A stretch of 64,000 nt of DNA, taken from assembly GCF_009914755.1 (NCBI RefSeq), contig NC_060928.1; one strand, written 5' to 3'. The notes beneath the pieces are model-generated. The model saw nothing but the letters and a program-made list of their open reading frames with translations, was not told the origin of the DNA and did no database searches. Positions within the stretch are counted from its first letter, which is position 1, and each line of letters begins with the position of its first letter. Shown here one piece after another: positions 1-15,605 of this stretch. The position numbers and the translations under genes were made by a program. Source of the DNA: the human T2T-CHM13v2.0 reference genome, Homo sapiens.

Positions 1-169
1 GAGAATCAAAGTCCACAGATACTGATTATATTCCTATCTGGGAAGGATCAGTATGAAATATACATATGATGGGGCTCTCATAGAATGGGATATTTTCCCC
101 CTTTTCCTCTCATTTCTCAATGCTCCTCTGGGAATTGTGTGAAGGTAAAGTCAAAAAGAAAGTTCTTAC

Positions 170-294
170 ATTCTTAAATCCTCTGTAAAGGATCTGAAGC
201 TCTTTCTTGGTAAATTTGCTCTGGGCTTCCAGAAGCTCAAGGGCTTCAGGCCGATGCCTGACGGTGGCCATCTCCAGTTCATCTTCCACGCTGT
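170..294 (-). CDS. KCNIP4: KCNIP4 (KChIP4) shared coding exon (exon 3), 125 bp
   Basis: Translates (x)[41 protein letters not shown], recognisable KChIP4 core sequence. Acceptor ttcttgttttcctccacag| at 295 and donor AAT|gtaaga at 169. Phase 1 start, phase 0 end. Confidence 0.97.
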
Positions 295-660
295 CTGTGG
301 AGGAAAACAAGAAAGAGTCTTAGGACCAGCCACTGCTCACCGATGCTTACACAGAGCAACAAAGGAAAACGGAAGAACATGTCTGCTAATGTCTGTGACT
401 GTCCACAGAGGAAGGACCCTCACAATGCCTATAAGGCCTTTACATTTCCCAGTTTAAGCGTATTAAGCTAAAACACTTGTATATGATTTTTTTGCATATT
501 CTTGTCATTAATGTAGATATTACAACCCTAGCATTGTTTTAAGACAACAAAAAAGAGCACAGGAATTTATTTCAGATAATCAGTGGATTATATGATTACA
601 TCAAACAAAAAGTTTAAGTAGCAATATATATTACTCTATAAATCTAACAGTAACATATAT

Positions 661-1321
661 TTCTTTTTTCCCCAACGTTTAAGTTCAGAGGTACATGTGC
701 AGGATGTGCAGGTTTGTTACATGGGTAAACATGTGCCATGGTGGTTTGCTGCACAGATCATCCCATCGCCCAGGTATGAAGCCCAGCATCCATTAGCTGT
801 TCTTCCTGATCCTCTCCCTCCCCCAACAGGTGCCCAGCATGTGTTGTTCCCTGGCAGTGTCCATGTGTTCTCATCAATCAGCTCCCACTTACAAGTGAGA
901 ACATGCAGTGTTTGGTTTTCTGTTCCTGCATTAGTTTGCTGTAGAGAATGGCTTCCAACTCCATCTATGTGCCTGCAAATAAAATGATCTCTGTCCTTTT
1001 TATGGCTGCATAGTATTCCATGGTGTATATGTACCACATTTTCTTTATCCAGTCTATCATTGGTGGGCGGTTAGGTTGATTCTGTGACTTTCCTATTGTG
1101 AATAGTGCTGCAATGAACATATGCAGGCATGTATCTTTATAATAGAATGAATTATATTCCTTTGGGTATATACCCGGTAATGAGATTGCTGGGTCAAATG
1201 GTATTTCTGCCTCTAGGTCTTTGAGGAATCACCACACTACCTTCCACAATGGTTGAACTAATTCACACTCCCACCAACAGTGTAAAAGTTTCCCTTTTTC
1301 TCTACAACCTCACCAGCATCT
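661..1321 (-). mobile_element. L1PA-type LINE-1 3' end (older L1PA)
   Basis: Reverse L1 3'UTR motif gtacatgtgcaggatgtgcaggtttgttacatgggtaaac...ccttccacaatggttgaactaa. Confidence 0.9.
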
Positions 1322-1431
1322 CTAGCATTTTTAAGGTATAGTTAGAAAAACATAGAAGATCACAAATAGTCCAACCTGGAATTTGTTTCTATATAACAAC
1401 CACTAGTTATAAACAATGGAATTGTCATTTA

Positions 1432-4270
<2,839 letters not shown>

Positions 4271-5487
4271 AGAATTGAAGGACATCTGTTCATTTTACAA
4301 GTAAAGTGAAAAAAGAAATCAGATATTTTGCCTTGGGCTACAAAATAAAATGTTCATATTAGGTGCTGACAAGGGTAAAGTAACCAGCAGCCAGTTGGTT
4401 TCATGGGTACATACTGGATGGTTGGGGGCCTAGAGGATATTCTATTTAGGTCCATTTTGTAGTCAATAGAGTCAATAGGTATAGAGAAGCTTTAAAATAT
4501 TGTACTTTGCTTTGTGAATTATGTTTACGCTATAATTTCTCAAAGATGTTTTATGCAAAAAGGAATTTTGTGCCCATAGATGTTTGGAAAATGCTGTGAA
4601 ATTTAATGTAGTTTTGTCACAAAATATTAAATTATATAGGTTTGCGAAGACCTGTAACAAGGAGTCTTGTTTAACTTTGCGTAACCCAACTGACCCCAAA
4701 GGTATTTGTCCATAGAACCTTTCCTGGCCCAAGTAACATCTGGTAATATCTGCACATTTGCCCTAGGGTCATGTAAGCACAAGTCTGGAGGATTTGGAAA
4801 TATATTAGGGTTCAGGTGCTTGTGTCTCAAATATCATCCTTCAGTCCAGCTCCTTTGAAGTGGGGTCAGATAGTGGCCTATAGGAATTCTCTCTGTTGTG
4901 TAAACCAATCCACACCTCAGATGAGGAACTTAGCAGGAATAAAAACATCCAGGCTCAGTATGAAGCCTTGGCTTCCCCTTTCTATCCTTTCTTCTTGACT
5001 ACAGATTCGAGACTCAGAGAGAAGGGTCTAAGGATAACAGTCAGCTCCTCTCATCCCAGAGCCACTAGGACCCCAATCCCTTGTCCCATGGGTCAGTTGG
5101 AAATGTAGTCCTTTTTGCCAAAGTCGAGCCATTTTTGACACTAATATTGCTGCCTCTTGCTAACATCTGTTCCTCCTTACTACTCTGCCTCACTGAGAGC
5201 ATTGAGGGGCCAAAGCTCTCACTTGGCAAGGAAGAGAAGGTGAGTGGCACCCTAATCTTAGCATATCTTAATTATTGCCCTCAAGGAGTTTACAAAAAAA
5301 AAATTGGTGATGAAACAAACACTTGGAGTGGCTATATTTGTGAAAATGAGTAATAGGAGATGAAAACAAACATTTGCTTTGTACTTTTTATATTATAATA
5401 ACTTATCTGGAAAGAATGAAATGGAAAAGCTTCAGAATAGTGACGGATGAATAAAAATAATAGAAAAGGACATGGAAAGATGAGAAG

Positions 5488-5546
5488 GCTGACAAGGATA
5501 AAATTGATGGGATAAAATTGAGCTGACAAGGATAAAATTGATGGGA
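5488..5546. repeat. Short tandem duplication (34-bp period)
   Basis: gctgacaaggataaaattgatggga at 5488 and 5522; ggataaaattga occurs three times. Confidence 0.85.
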
Positions 5547-7451
5547 AAGTAAGTAGTTGTGCTCCTAAAGTATGTGGGAAGAGCTCAAAGTAGCTGGAAA
5601 AAGGCACCTAGGCATTAACAAATTGATCTGGGCTTTATGGGGAAAATCAAAAAAGCCAAAATCCTTCAATTTTCTCCTTCATTCATTTGAACAAATGGGT
5701 TGATTCTATTCAATGGGTCCTGAGATAGAAAAGATGATGGAAAATGTTGCTTTTAGACTGCTGTTGATCCAATGACTTCAACTATGTTGTATTATTGTAT
5801 TTGCCAATGCAGGAGTAAATAGCATGCAATAGACCTCATGTAAATAGATAATATCGAATAGAAAGCCTGTGCTTTCTTGAACAATGTCTGATGTAATCTT
5901 CTTTTGAATCATTTATAGTGCAAGTTCTTCAACCTAAAATGTTCCACTTTCCTTTTCCACCTGTTAAAATGTATATATCTTTCATGATCCAATTTAAATA
6001 TAAGTGTCTCATTTCTGAAGCCTCTCTGGATTCCCATACTATGCAAAATTGGTGACCCCCTGGTCATCGTTCCCACACTCTGGTTCTTGTATAGCATGTA
6101 AAACATAACATCATGATCTGCTCATGTTTGTTTTCTCCATTGTGAGTTTTTTTTGCAGACAAGATCAATATCTTACATGTCTTGTTTATCCTCTGAACCT
6201 AACAGGAAGTCTGATACTCCTTTGTCACTTAAGAATAATCTGGTAAACAAAGGATATTCCTGCTCAACTTTCTGATCCTCTCCAATCCCTTGAATATTTG
6301 CTGCCCTATAGGGAAATATTTTTCAGACTGAAATTTGTGGGCTGTTGGTGGACCTCAAATGTCTTCTTCAGAATCACTATGTTCTCTATTTATTGTACTG
6401 GGAAATACAGCAAAAGTAGAGGGGATTTTAATTAAATTTTCTGAGCAGTCTTTCAGTCATAACATAACCTTGTCTAGACCTAGTGACCCTCACATGGGAC
6501 AGAACCAAAACAGCGGATTAAATTCTGGGCCTTTGTATCGGGCAGCAATCTGAGCTGTGCTACAAATGGAGTTTCTTTCTCTGCAGATGCAAAGTCTGAG
6601 ACAAAAGACACAGGGCTGGAGGATCAGTATAATTAAGTGTGCGTGATAGGATGATCATCACATGCAGTATTAAAAAAAAAAAAAAACGCCCTTGAAGTGT
6701 CTGCCTGTGGGCTCTCTTGCTTTTCCAGCTGTCTGGTACCTTACTTCTTAATGACTCCTACCTGCCAAAGGGCTGTTTCTATTTCTAGGCGGGTGACAGG
6801 CTCTAAAAACATAACTGAAATCATCAGCAATCACCAGCATATGATAAGTTAAAAAAGCAACACCACCGAACCCAATCAACTCTGATTCTTGGAGGCAAAC
6901 TATGGGGAGCACGGCATGATCCCACGTAGGACTGCGAATTCTCATTGTGACTCAGCCACCTTGTAAGAGCCTGTATTTTGGGTGGTTTTAACCCAGTGCC
7001 TAACATTTATTGAGCCCTTGTTGTATGCCAGGAGATGGGCAAGGTGCTTGATTGGCATAATCCTAATCCTCACAATAACCCCAGAGTGAGGTTTAATTGT
7101 TTATTTTTCACATACATGGAGTCTCATGGATGTGAAGAAATTCACAACCAGAAGTCAAATATGTGTTTATATATACATAAAAACATAACATATATATCTC
7201 CTATGCATATATATGGGTTTCCATATATATGCATAGGGACAAGATTTACACCCAGGTCTTTGATGCCACAGCTTATGTTCTTCCCACTTCCCACTTTGCC
7301 ACAGTCTCTTTTAATACCAGCAGAAATAATGATACAAATAATGATAACCTCTCCTCTCTTATTTTGTCAAACTCCTCAGAAAAGTTAACTGTATTCATTA
7401 GATCCATTTTCTTGCTCTCTCCTTAATCTACTGCAGTCTGACTTCTGGTCC

Positions 7452-8033
<582 letters not shown>

Positions 8034-8119
8034 TCTACCTATATTCAAATGACACACAACACTGATAAAAGCAGGTCTTGTTATCCACAAAGTTTGCACA
8101 ATGAGTGCTGGGCAGTTTG

Positions 8120-8590
8120 CTAGCCAATTATGTCATTTAATCTTCACAACATCTTTCAAGAGAAGGATTATCATCCCTATTTTATAAATGAGAAAATTGA
8201 GGCTTGGAGAGTCTAAGTAACTTGGCCATAACCCAAGCAACTCTTGGCCAAATGGCTACTTAGTAAACAAGATGAAGACAAGTGTCTCCAGCAGCCCAAA
8301 GTCCAGGTTACTGAGCACTATGCTGGGAATGTTAATAGCAACCATCACCCTATGGAGAACTTTTGCTCTAAGCGTGGTTGTATATTATCCCATTTTAATA
8401 CAGACAGAAGTTCAGTGAGATAGCTACATTTTACAAGAAGTCATGTAGCCCTCATTTTACAAGGAGTAAATTGGGACTCACATTTCTTAAATAACTTACT
8501 CAAGGTCATACAGCTTACAAGTGACAGGGCTGGGATTTAATCCCTGGCTTTTTAACACCAAAGACCATGAGCTTAGTCAATATGCTACTT
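8120..8590. mobile_element. MIR fragments
   Basis: cctattttataaatgagaaaattgaggc and cattttacaaggagtaaattggg...caaggtcatacagc core-like motifs. Confidence 0.7.
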
Positions 8591-9730
8591 TAAGAGATGG
8601 CAACAATTAAATTACTTTGTTCAAAATCCTAGGGGATAAAAGATTTTAAATCACAAACTAGCTGGCTGCTGAGCCTCCAATGCCTCAATTTCTTTCCAGG
8701 GAAAATATGCCGGGGCACCTTCAGGAGATCACCAGACCAGCAGACAAAGCTGTGCTGATAAGAAACACATGGTAGAATAAGGTACGAAGTGATGGGATCT
8801 CAGAGCTGGAAGGAACACAGGAAACTGTTTGTTTTTCTGCATTTTACCCCTGAGAAATTTAGATTTGGGAAAGATGAATGTTTGTTTGAGACAAAAACCA
8901 GAACCAGATGGGACTCTGGCCTCTGGAGTTATCTCCAGGCCATGCAGACATATCATCACTCAGGTATCTTGCAGAAGAGCCAATTCAAATGCGCATTTGC
9001 ATCCTGAGATAAGCGAAATACAAATAGTATTTTAATTCATGTATCTTCTAACAAATTTAATTTTAATCAGACAACAAATTCCCAAACCCAGACACCATTG
9101 AGCTTCCTGGCTGTGTCTTTTTGTCCTTTGTTCTTTAGATTTCAGTCTCTCAGGGCTGAGGTTGTCCTAAGTCTGACTCAACAGTCCCCTCAGGCCATGA
9201 CACAATTGGGCTAGAAATTGGAATTCAAATCATCTAGGAACAACAGAATGCGTTTTAAAAATAGTCATCGTTCTCCTCTTTCTCACAACTTCTCTTAAAA
9301 TACAGTAGAAGCTTGGTACAGTTCAACTCGTAATTATGCAAATTTGACTCTAAGGGCAAATCATGCCATCCAGAACACTACTACGGAACATCTTGCCTTA
9401 CGAACAAATATGAGCGTGAGTCCTACCTTTTGACGACATGCTTTGGAAACAAGTCTTCTAATGCAGAAAACAAATAATATTATGAAGAATAATGTTACTT
9501 TTTGAGAAAGCTGATTCAGAACTCAGGCCATGTGTGCAGAGATGAGTCCTTGCCTATAAAGCATGAAACACTGTGAGGCTGTTGCCTTGTTCTTTTATTT
9601 AGGTCCTGCCAAAATACGGGAAGGATTATCTTATTTGGCACACTGAAGGTGCTCCATAAGAGAATGTGAAATAAATAACTACTTGAAGCATTCCAAGAAT
9701 AGTGAGTGTATCTACAGCAGGTCCCATTTC

Positions 9731-10040
9731 TTTTTTTTTTCTTCTCTTTTTTTCTTTTTTTGAGATGGAGTCTCGCTCTTGTTGCCCAGGTTGGAGTGCA
9801 GTGGTGCAATCTTGACTCACTGCAAGCTCCGCCTCCCAGGTTAAAGCGATTCTCCTGGCTCAGCCTTCCAAGTAGCTGGAATTACAGGAACGCCCCACCA
9901 CACCTGGCTAATTTTTGTATTTAGTAGAGATGGGGTTTCACTGTGTTGATTAGGCTGGTCTCAAACTCTTAACCTCAGGTGATCCGTGGACCTCGGCCTC
10001 CCAAAGTGCTGGGATTATAAGCGTGAGTCACCGCACCCAG
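9731..10040 (-). mobile_element. AluS (Sq/Sp-like)
   Basis: Poly(T), then gagatggagtctcgctcttgttgcccagg...; TSD tcccatttct on both sides. Confidence 0.96.
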
Positions 10041-11572
10041 TCCCATTTCTAAATACAACATGACTCTTCTTTAAAAATAAATGTATCCATTTGTCATTCT
10101 AAAAAGATTATAAATATTGTAACTTTAAAATTCTATTTGAGCTGAAATTAATTTGTCTAGACAAAAATTCAGCCTGCTTGACTTATATTGCTTTATCTCA
10201 TTGATAAAAATACCCTCTGAGCCATTACTCCTAATGTTTACATTTTATTAAATTGGCCGAATAGTGAGTTGATCCATATGGCAATAACATAATGAGGATG
10301 ATCACTTTCTAATGATATCTTATGTATTATTAAATATTTAGAAGCTTGGTCCAGTGGTGGATATTGGAGGAAGATTTCCAATGCTGAAAGATTCTTGACC
10401 ATAGCATTAGATGCTATTCCTGAGAACTTCTAGGATAAGGAGGTGATGCTATTGTTTGTTTAATGTTCAAGTCTGATACATCAGGACAAAGAAAAAGCTG
10501 CCTGGAGGAAGATTTCCAAAGCGAATTTTCATGGCACTGATATAATTTATTTCCACCCTTCTTTTCTACTGCAAAAACTTGTAGAGGGATGACAACATAC
10601 TCACCATTCCATTCCTCGGTTCCACTGCTCACAAAGCTCAAAGAGGGTGGCATGATAATCAGCTGAGGAAATAGTTTCTTGGGTGGAGGAATTTGCTGAA
10701 GTCTGCACAGCTGTGCAGCTGATGAGTGTGGGCACGGGGAGCCAGGACCTGCCCCAAACCTGTCTTTCCCCTTCCTGTTATATCATTTGACCTCCCTGGA
10801 TAGAGAGTTTAAACTGGGGCCAGGCCCTGTAAGCAACTCTTTAAACTTTGACAATTTTAAATGCTTTATTGCAAGAATGCAGAGGTCTGGGAACTCCTTT
10901 GACTTTTCCTGTCTTTATTACTATTCACCCATCCACCTACCAAGAGTTATTTTCAGGTGCACATGGAGAGTATAGAAGCAATTAATTCCAAGCTGATCAC
11001 ACACAGGCTGCAAGTAGAGAGCAGTCAATCCATTTGAAACACTGTGGGAGTCCTAGGCCTTCCCAGACCAACCCGAGCAATTGGAATCCTGATATTTTAG
11101 TTAGTTTGACACGTATTTCTGCAACCCTGGCCCTGAATGTATGTTAGAACCAAAATACAAAAACAAACACCAAAAAATGAACAAAACCATTTATAATTAG
11201 TACTTTATCTTACTTAATATTTGTATATCATATTGAAAATGAACAGTTCTTGGAAAATGGCCATTTAGTTTGAACATCTTCTGTTACAGGTACTTGTTGG
11301 CAATGACATTGCAATTTCCATTCTAGGAGAATGAGAATTGCTTTGCAATTTCATAATTGAATTCAATCACTTATGAAATATAACAACCCAGTGGTGAACA
11401 GCTGAAGCTATTTGCCACAGCACTTATGAAATAGATTGTCTCTACCTTATTTACAAACATAAATAACTCTTCAACAAGCTTAGATTTTAAAAAATAATCA
11501 CCTAATTGGAATGCTTATTATCAGCATTAACCATATTATTACTACAGCATCATGAATGGCCCCTTATGGTAG

Positions 11573-11897
<325 letters not shown>

Positions 11898-12261
11898 ATG
11901 AGTTATTATTTTTTAGGTGGTAGGGTCTTAATTGATTTTTGGTAAATAAGAAAAACAAAAATTATACTGCCAGTCATTATGCTCAGACAGAAAATCTACA
12001 ATAGGAATGCTGAGGGGGCAGAGGAAGGAAACAAGAAATTTAATTGAACTTACACATAAAGACAGACCAAAAGAGATTGATATACTAGTCAGGAAAGGCA
12101 AAAGCTGAGAGGGATTATGAGCAAAGAGAAAAATTTTAAAAAGCAATGGTATGTGGAGAGAGATGAAGAAAGCCCAGATTAGTTCACTAAATTAAAAATG
12201 CCCTATCAAAGGAGTGTCTCAAACTTTGATAGATTTTCTCTTAGTTGTCCTAAAAATCAAT

Positions 12262-13480
12262 AACAAGACACACATATGTGTATGTTCATTACAACACTAT
12301 TCACAATAGCAAAGGCATGGAATCAACCTAAATGCCCATCAGTGGTAGACTGGATAAAGAAAACATGGTACATATACACCACGGAATACTATGCAGCCAT
12401 AAAAAAGAACAAGATTATATCATTTGCAGAAACATGGATGGAGCTGGAGGCCATTATCCTTGGCAAATTAATCCAGGAACAGACAACCAAATACCGCAAG
12501 TTCTTGCTTATAATTGGGAGCTAAAATATAAGAACACATGGATACATAGAAGGGAACAACAGACACTGGGGCCTAGTGGAATGTGGAGGGTGGGAGGAGG
12601 AAGAGGATTAGGAAAAATAACTAATCAGTACTAGGCTTAATGTGACTGTGCAGTGGGTTCACCTTACCCACTGCCTAGACAGAGCCAATTTATCAAGACA
12701 GGGGAATTGCAATGGAGAAAAAATAATTCATGCAAAGCCAGCTTTGTGGGAGACCCGAGTTTTATTGTTACTCAAATCAGTCTCCCTGAGCATTTAGAGG
12801 TAGGAGTTTTTAAGGATAATTTGGTGAGTAGGGGCTCAGGAGGTGGGGAGTGCTGATTCGTCAGTTTGGAGATGGAACCATAGGGGGCTCATAGTGCGGT
12901 TTTCTTGTTGTCTTCTGTTCCTGAGTGGGATCTCAGAAATGGTTGACTCAGATTATCGGTCTAGGTGGTATCAACTGATTCATCAAGTGCAGGGTCTGCA
13001 AAATATCTCAAGCCCTGATCTTAGGTTTACAATAGTGATGTGATCCCCAGGAGCAATTTGGGGAAGTTCAGACTCTTGCAGCCAGAGGCTGCCTGACCCC
13101 TAAACTATAATTTCCAATCTTGTGGCTAATTTGTTAGTCCTGTAAAGGCAGACTGGTCCCCAGGCAAGAAGGGAGTCTTTTCTAGAAAGGGCTATTATCA
13201 ATTTGTTTCAGAGTCAAACCATACACTAAATTCTTTCCCAAGGTTAGTTCAGCCTACGCCCAGGAATGAACAAGGACAGCTTAAAGGCTAGAAGCAAGAT
13301 GGAGATCTCTCACTGTCATGATTTCCTCAGTGAAACTTTTGCAAAGGAGGTTTCATTAATACCTGGGTATTTTCGACCAGACAAAATAATCTGTACAACA
13401 AACCTCTGTGACACGAGTTTACCTAATAACAAACCTGCACATGCACCCCTGAACTTAGAAGTTAAAACGAAGGAAGAAAA
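12262..13480 (+). mobile_element. LINE-1 3' end (L1PA13-16-like) split by an LTR
   Basis: ORF2 tail [21 protein letters not shown]. The 3'UTR ...ctaggcttaa resumes as ttaatacctggg... at 13356. Confidence 0.88.
12641..13355 (-). mobile_element. ERV1 solo LTR (LTR8-like)
   Basis: TG...CA ends with 4-bp TSD ttaa; LTR8-type motifs agacagagccaatttatcaagacaggggaattgcaat and ttttgcaaaggaggtttca. Confidence 0.85.
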
Positions 13481-13539
13481 AGAGCAAAGAACAATCACTA
13501 ATATTTATAGCATTTGTTTTGTGTAAGCTCTCTCTTTCA

Positions 13540-14035
13540 TGAGTGTATATGTATATATATACACACACACATACATATACATATATACATATGTATAACT
13601 AGATATACGTACATGTAAATGTATGTATGTATACATACATATGTATGTATACGCATGTATGTATGTATACACATGTATGTATACGTATGTATGTATGTAT
13701 ATGCATGTATACGTATGTATGTATACATATCCATGTATACACATGTATGTATACATATCCATGTATGCATACACATGTATGTATACACATGTATGTATGC
13801 GTACATATGTATGTACACACATGCATGTATATATGCGTATATATGTACACATATGTATGTATATATGCACACATATGTATGTACACATATGTATGCATAT
13901 ATGTACACATATGTATGCATATATACATACGTTTATATGCATATGTATGTAAACATGTATGTATAACATGTATATATGTATGTTATACATTTTATATATA
14001 CATGTTATATATATATAACATATATATACATACAC
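13540..14035. repeat. ~500-bp degenerate (TA/TG/CA, TATG)n alternating purine-pyrimidine repeat
   Basis: Directly visible; it produces six low-complexity ORFs. Confidence 0.95.
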
Positions 14036-15039
14036 TCATAAAATCCCCATCAGCGTACTATAAATGCTATATTCTTGTTCTGTAGATGAAGATACCAACA
14101 CAGAGAGACTAAGTAACTTGCTCATGGTCACACCATAACAGAGTCAGGGAATGGAGTCTGGGAAGTCTGGTTCCAGGATTCATGTAATAACTATTCAGCT
14201 GTTCTGCCTCCCCCAGAGCAGGAGAGAGGATGATGCCCCACTTATCTAGAATTCATGCACCCAAATAAGAATCAGAAAATTAGTAGCAAAAGGGCTCTAA
14301 GCAGAAAATGGAACTCTGTGAGAATTGAAAGGGGTATTGAGTCCAGCCCCTTAACTTTGTAAGTTCATGTCACATACAGAGCCTTAGCTACAGTGGTTGT
14401 AAATCAAAAACCATTAGGCATATCAGTGGCAGAACTGGGCCTAAATCTTGATCTTTTTCATTCCTACTGCAGCACTTTGTCAGATGCCTGCCTCAGTATC
14501 TTTTATGGATAAGAGTGTCTTCATCCTTACTGTACCCACAGTTTTAGTAAGCTTCCGATTCCACATCAGAAGCAGATACTGATAATGGAGAAGGAGCATA
14601 CACTGGAAGGAGTCCATGAGCCACAGTTATAATACCTAATTTTCACCACTGGCTCTTCATTATCATATCTGAGCAATGTGATATTCTGTGTATAAATATT
14701 GTCACCCTGCTTTTATAGATAAAGAAATCAGGGTTGGAAGAAAGGATGTAACTGATGAAGGACATAGAAATAGGACGTTATGGAGTCAGGACTTAAACCC
14801 AAGCTTACTGACTCTGAAGACTAGAAGTGACTGCAGGTTGTCTGAGAGTAATGGAGGGAACATAAAGTTGAAAAACATCATAGGCATATTAGAGAAAAGA
14901 GTAATGACAAAAGTCAGTGGCTAACTTATTCTTTAAGAATAAGTTCTAACCTTATTCTTTAAGAAAATGTTTTATTCTGCTTACTTTATTTTAGAAGGTA
15001 ACAGAAATGTGATACATTTTTAAATATTATTAATTAAAA

Positions 15040-15595
15040 TTGGCAGCTTATTCATAGTAGCCAAAATATGGAAACAACTTATGTCCATCAATAAACAAAT
15101 GGATAAAGAAACTGATATATACAATGGAATACTATTCAACATTAAAAAAGAAGATCCTACTATTTGTCACAACATGAATGAACCTGGAGGACCTTATGTT
15201 AAGTGAAATAAGCAAAACGCAGAGAAAGAAAAATATTGCATGATGTCATTTACATAAAGAACCTAAAAAAATGTTGAATACACAGAGATAGAGAATAAAA
15301 CAATGGTTAAAGTGGGGAGGAACTAGGGAGATGTAGGTCAAGGTATAGAAAGTAACATATAGGATGAACAAGTCTAGAGATCTAAATTACAACATGAAAA
15401 TTATAGTTAATATTGTATTTGTGATCTTTGCTAAAAGAATAGATTTTAGGTGCTCTTGCTACATATAAAAATGGGTAACTATCTGAGATAATGAACATGT
15501 TAATTTGCTTGACTACAGTAAGTGTTTCACCATCTATATGTACATCAAAACGTCATGTTGTACACCATAAACATATAAATAACATTTTAAAACGT
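15040..15595 (+). mobile_element. L1MA-type LINE-1 3' end
   Basis: ttcatagtagccaaaatatggaaacaac...gaatagattttaggtgctcttgc...catgttgtacaccataaacatata. Confidence 0.85.
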
Positions 15596-15605
15596 TTATA
15601 CACCT

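Noticed and set aside
110-310. 66-aa ORF as a complete gene
   Set aside because: It is exon 3 plus intronic read-through at both ends. The start is a non-ATG codon in the polypyrimidine tract and no poly(A) signal is visible in the window.
335-350. Minus-strand donor-like motifs GTGAGC and GTAAGC near the exon 3 acceptor
   Set aside because: They would give 46- and 56-nt introns, too short for typical human splicing.
13505-14085. Six overlapping 109-176 aa ORFs
   Set aside because: Artefacts of a stop-poor simple repeat.
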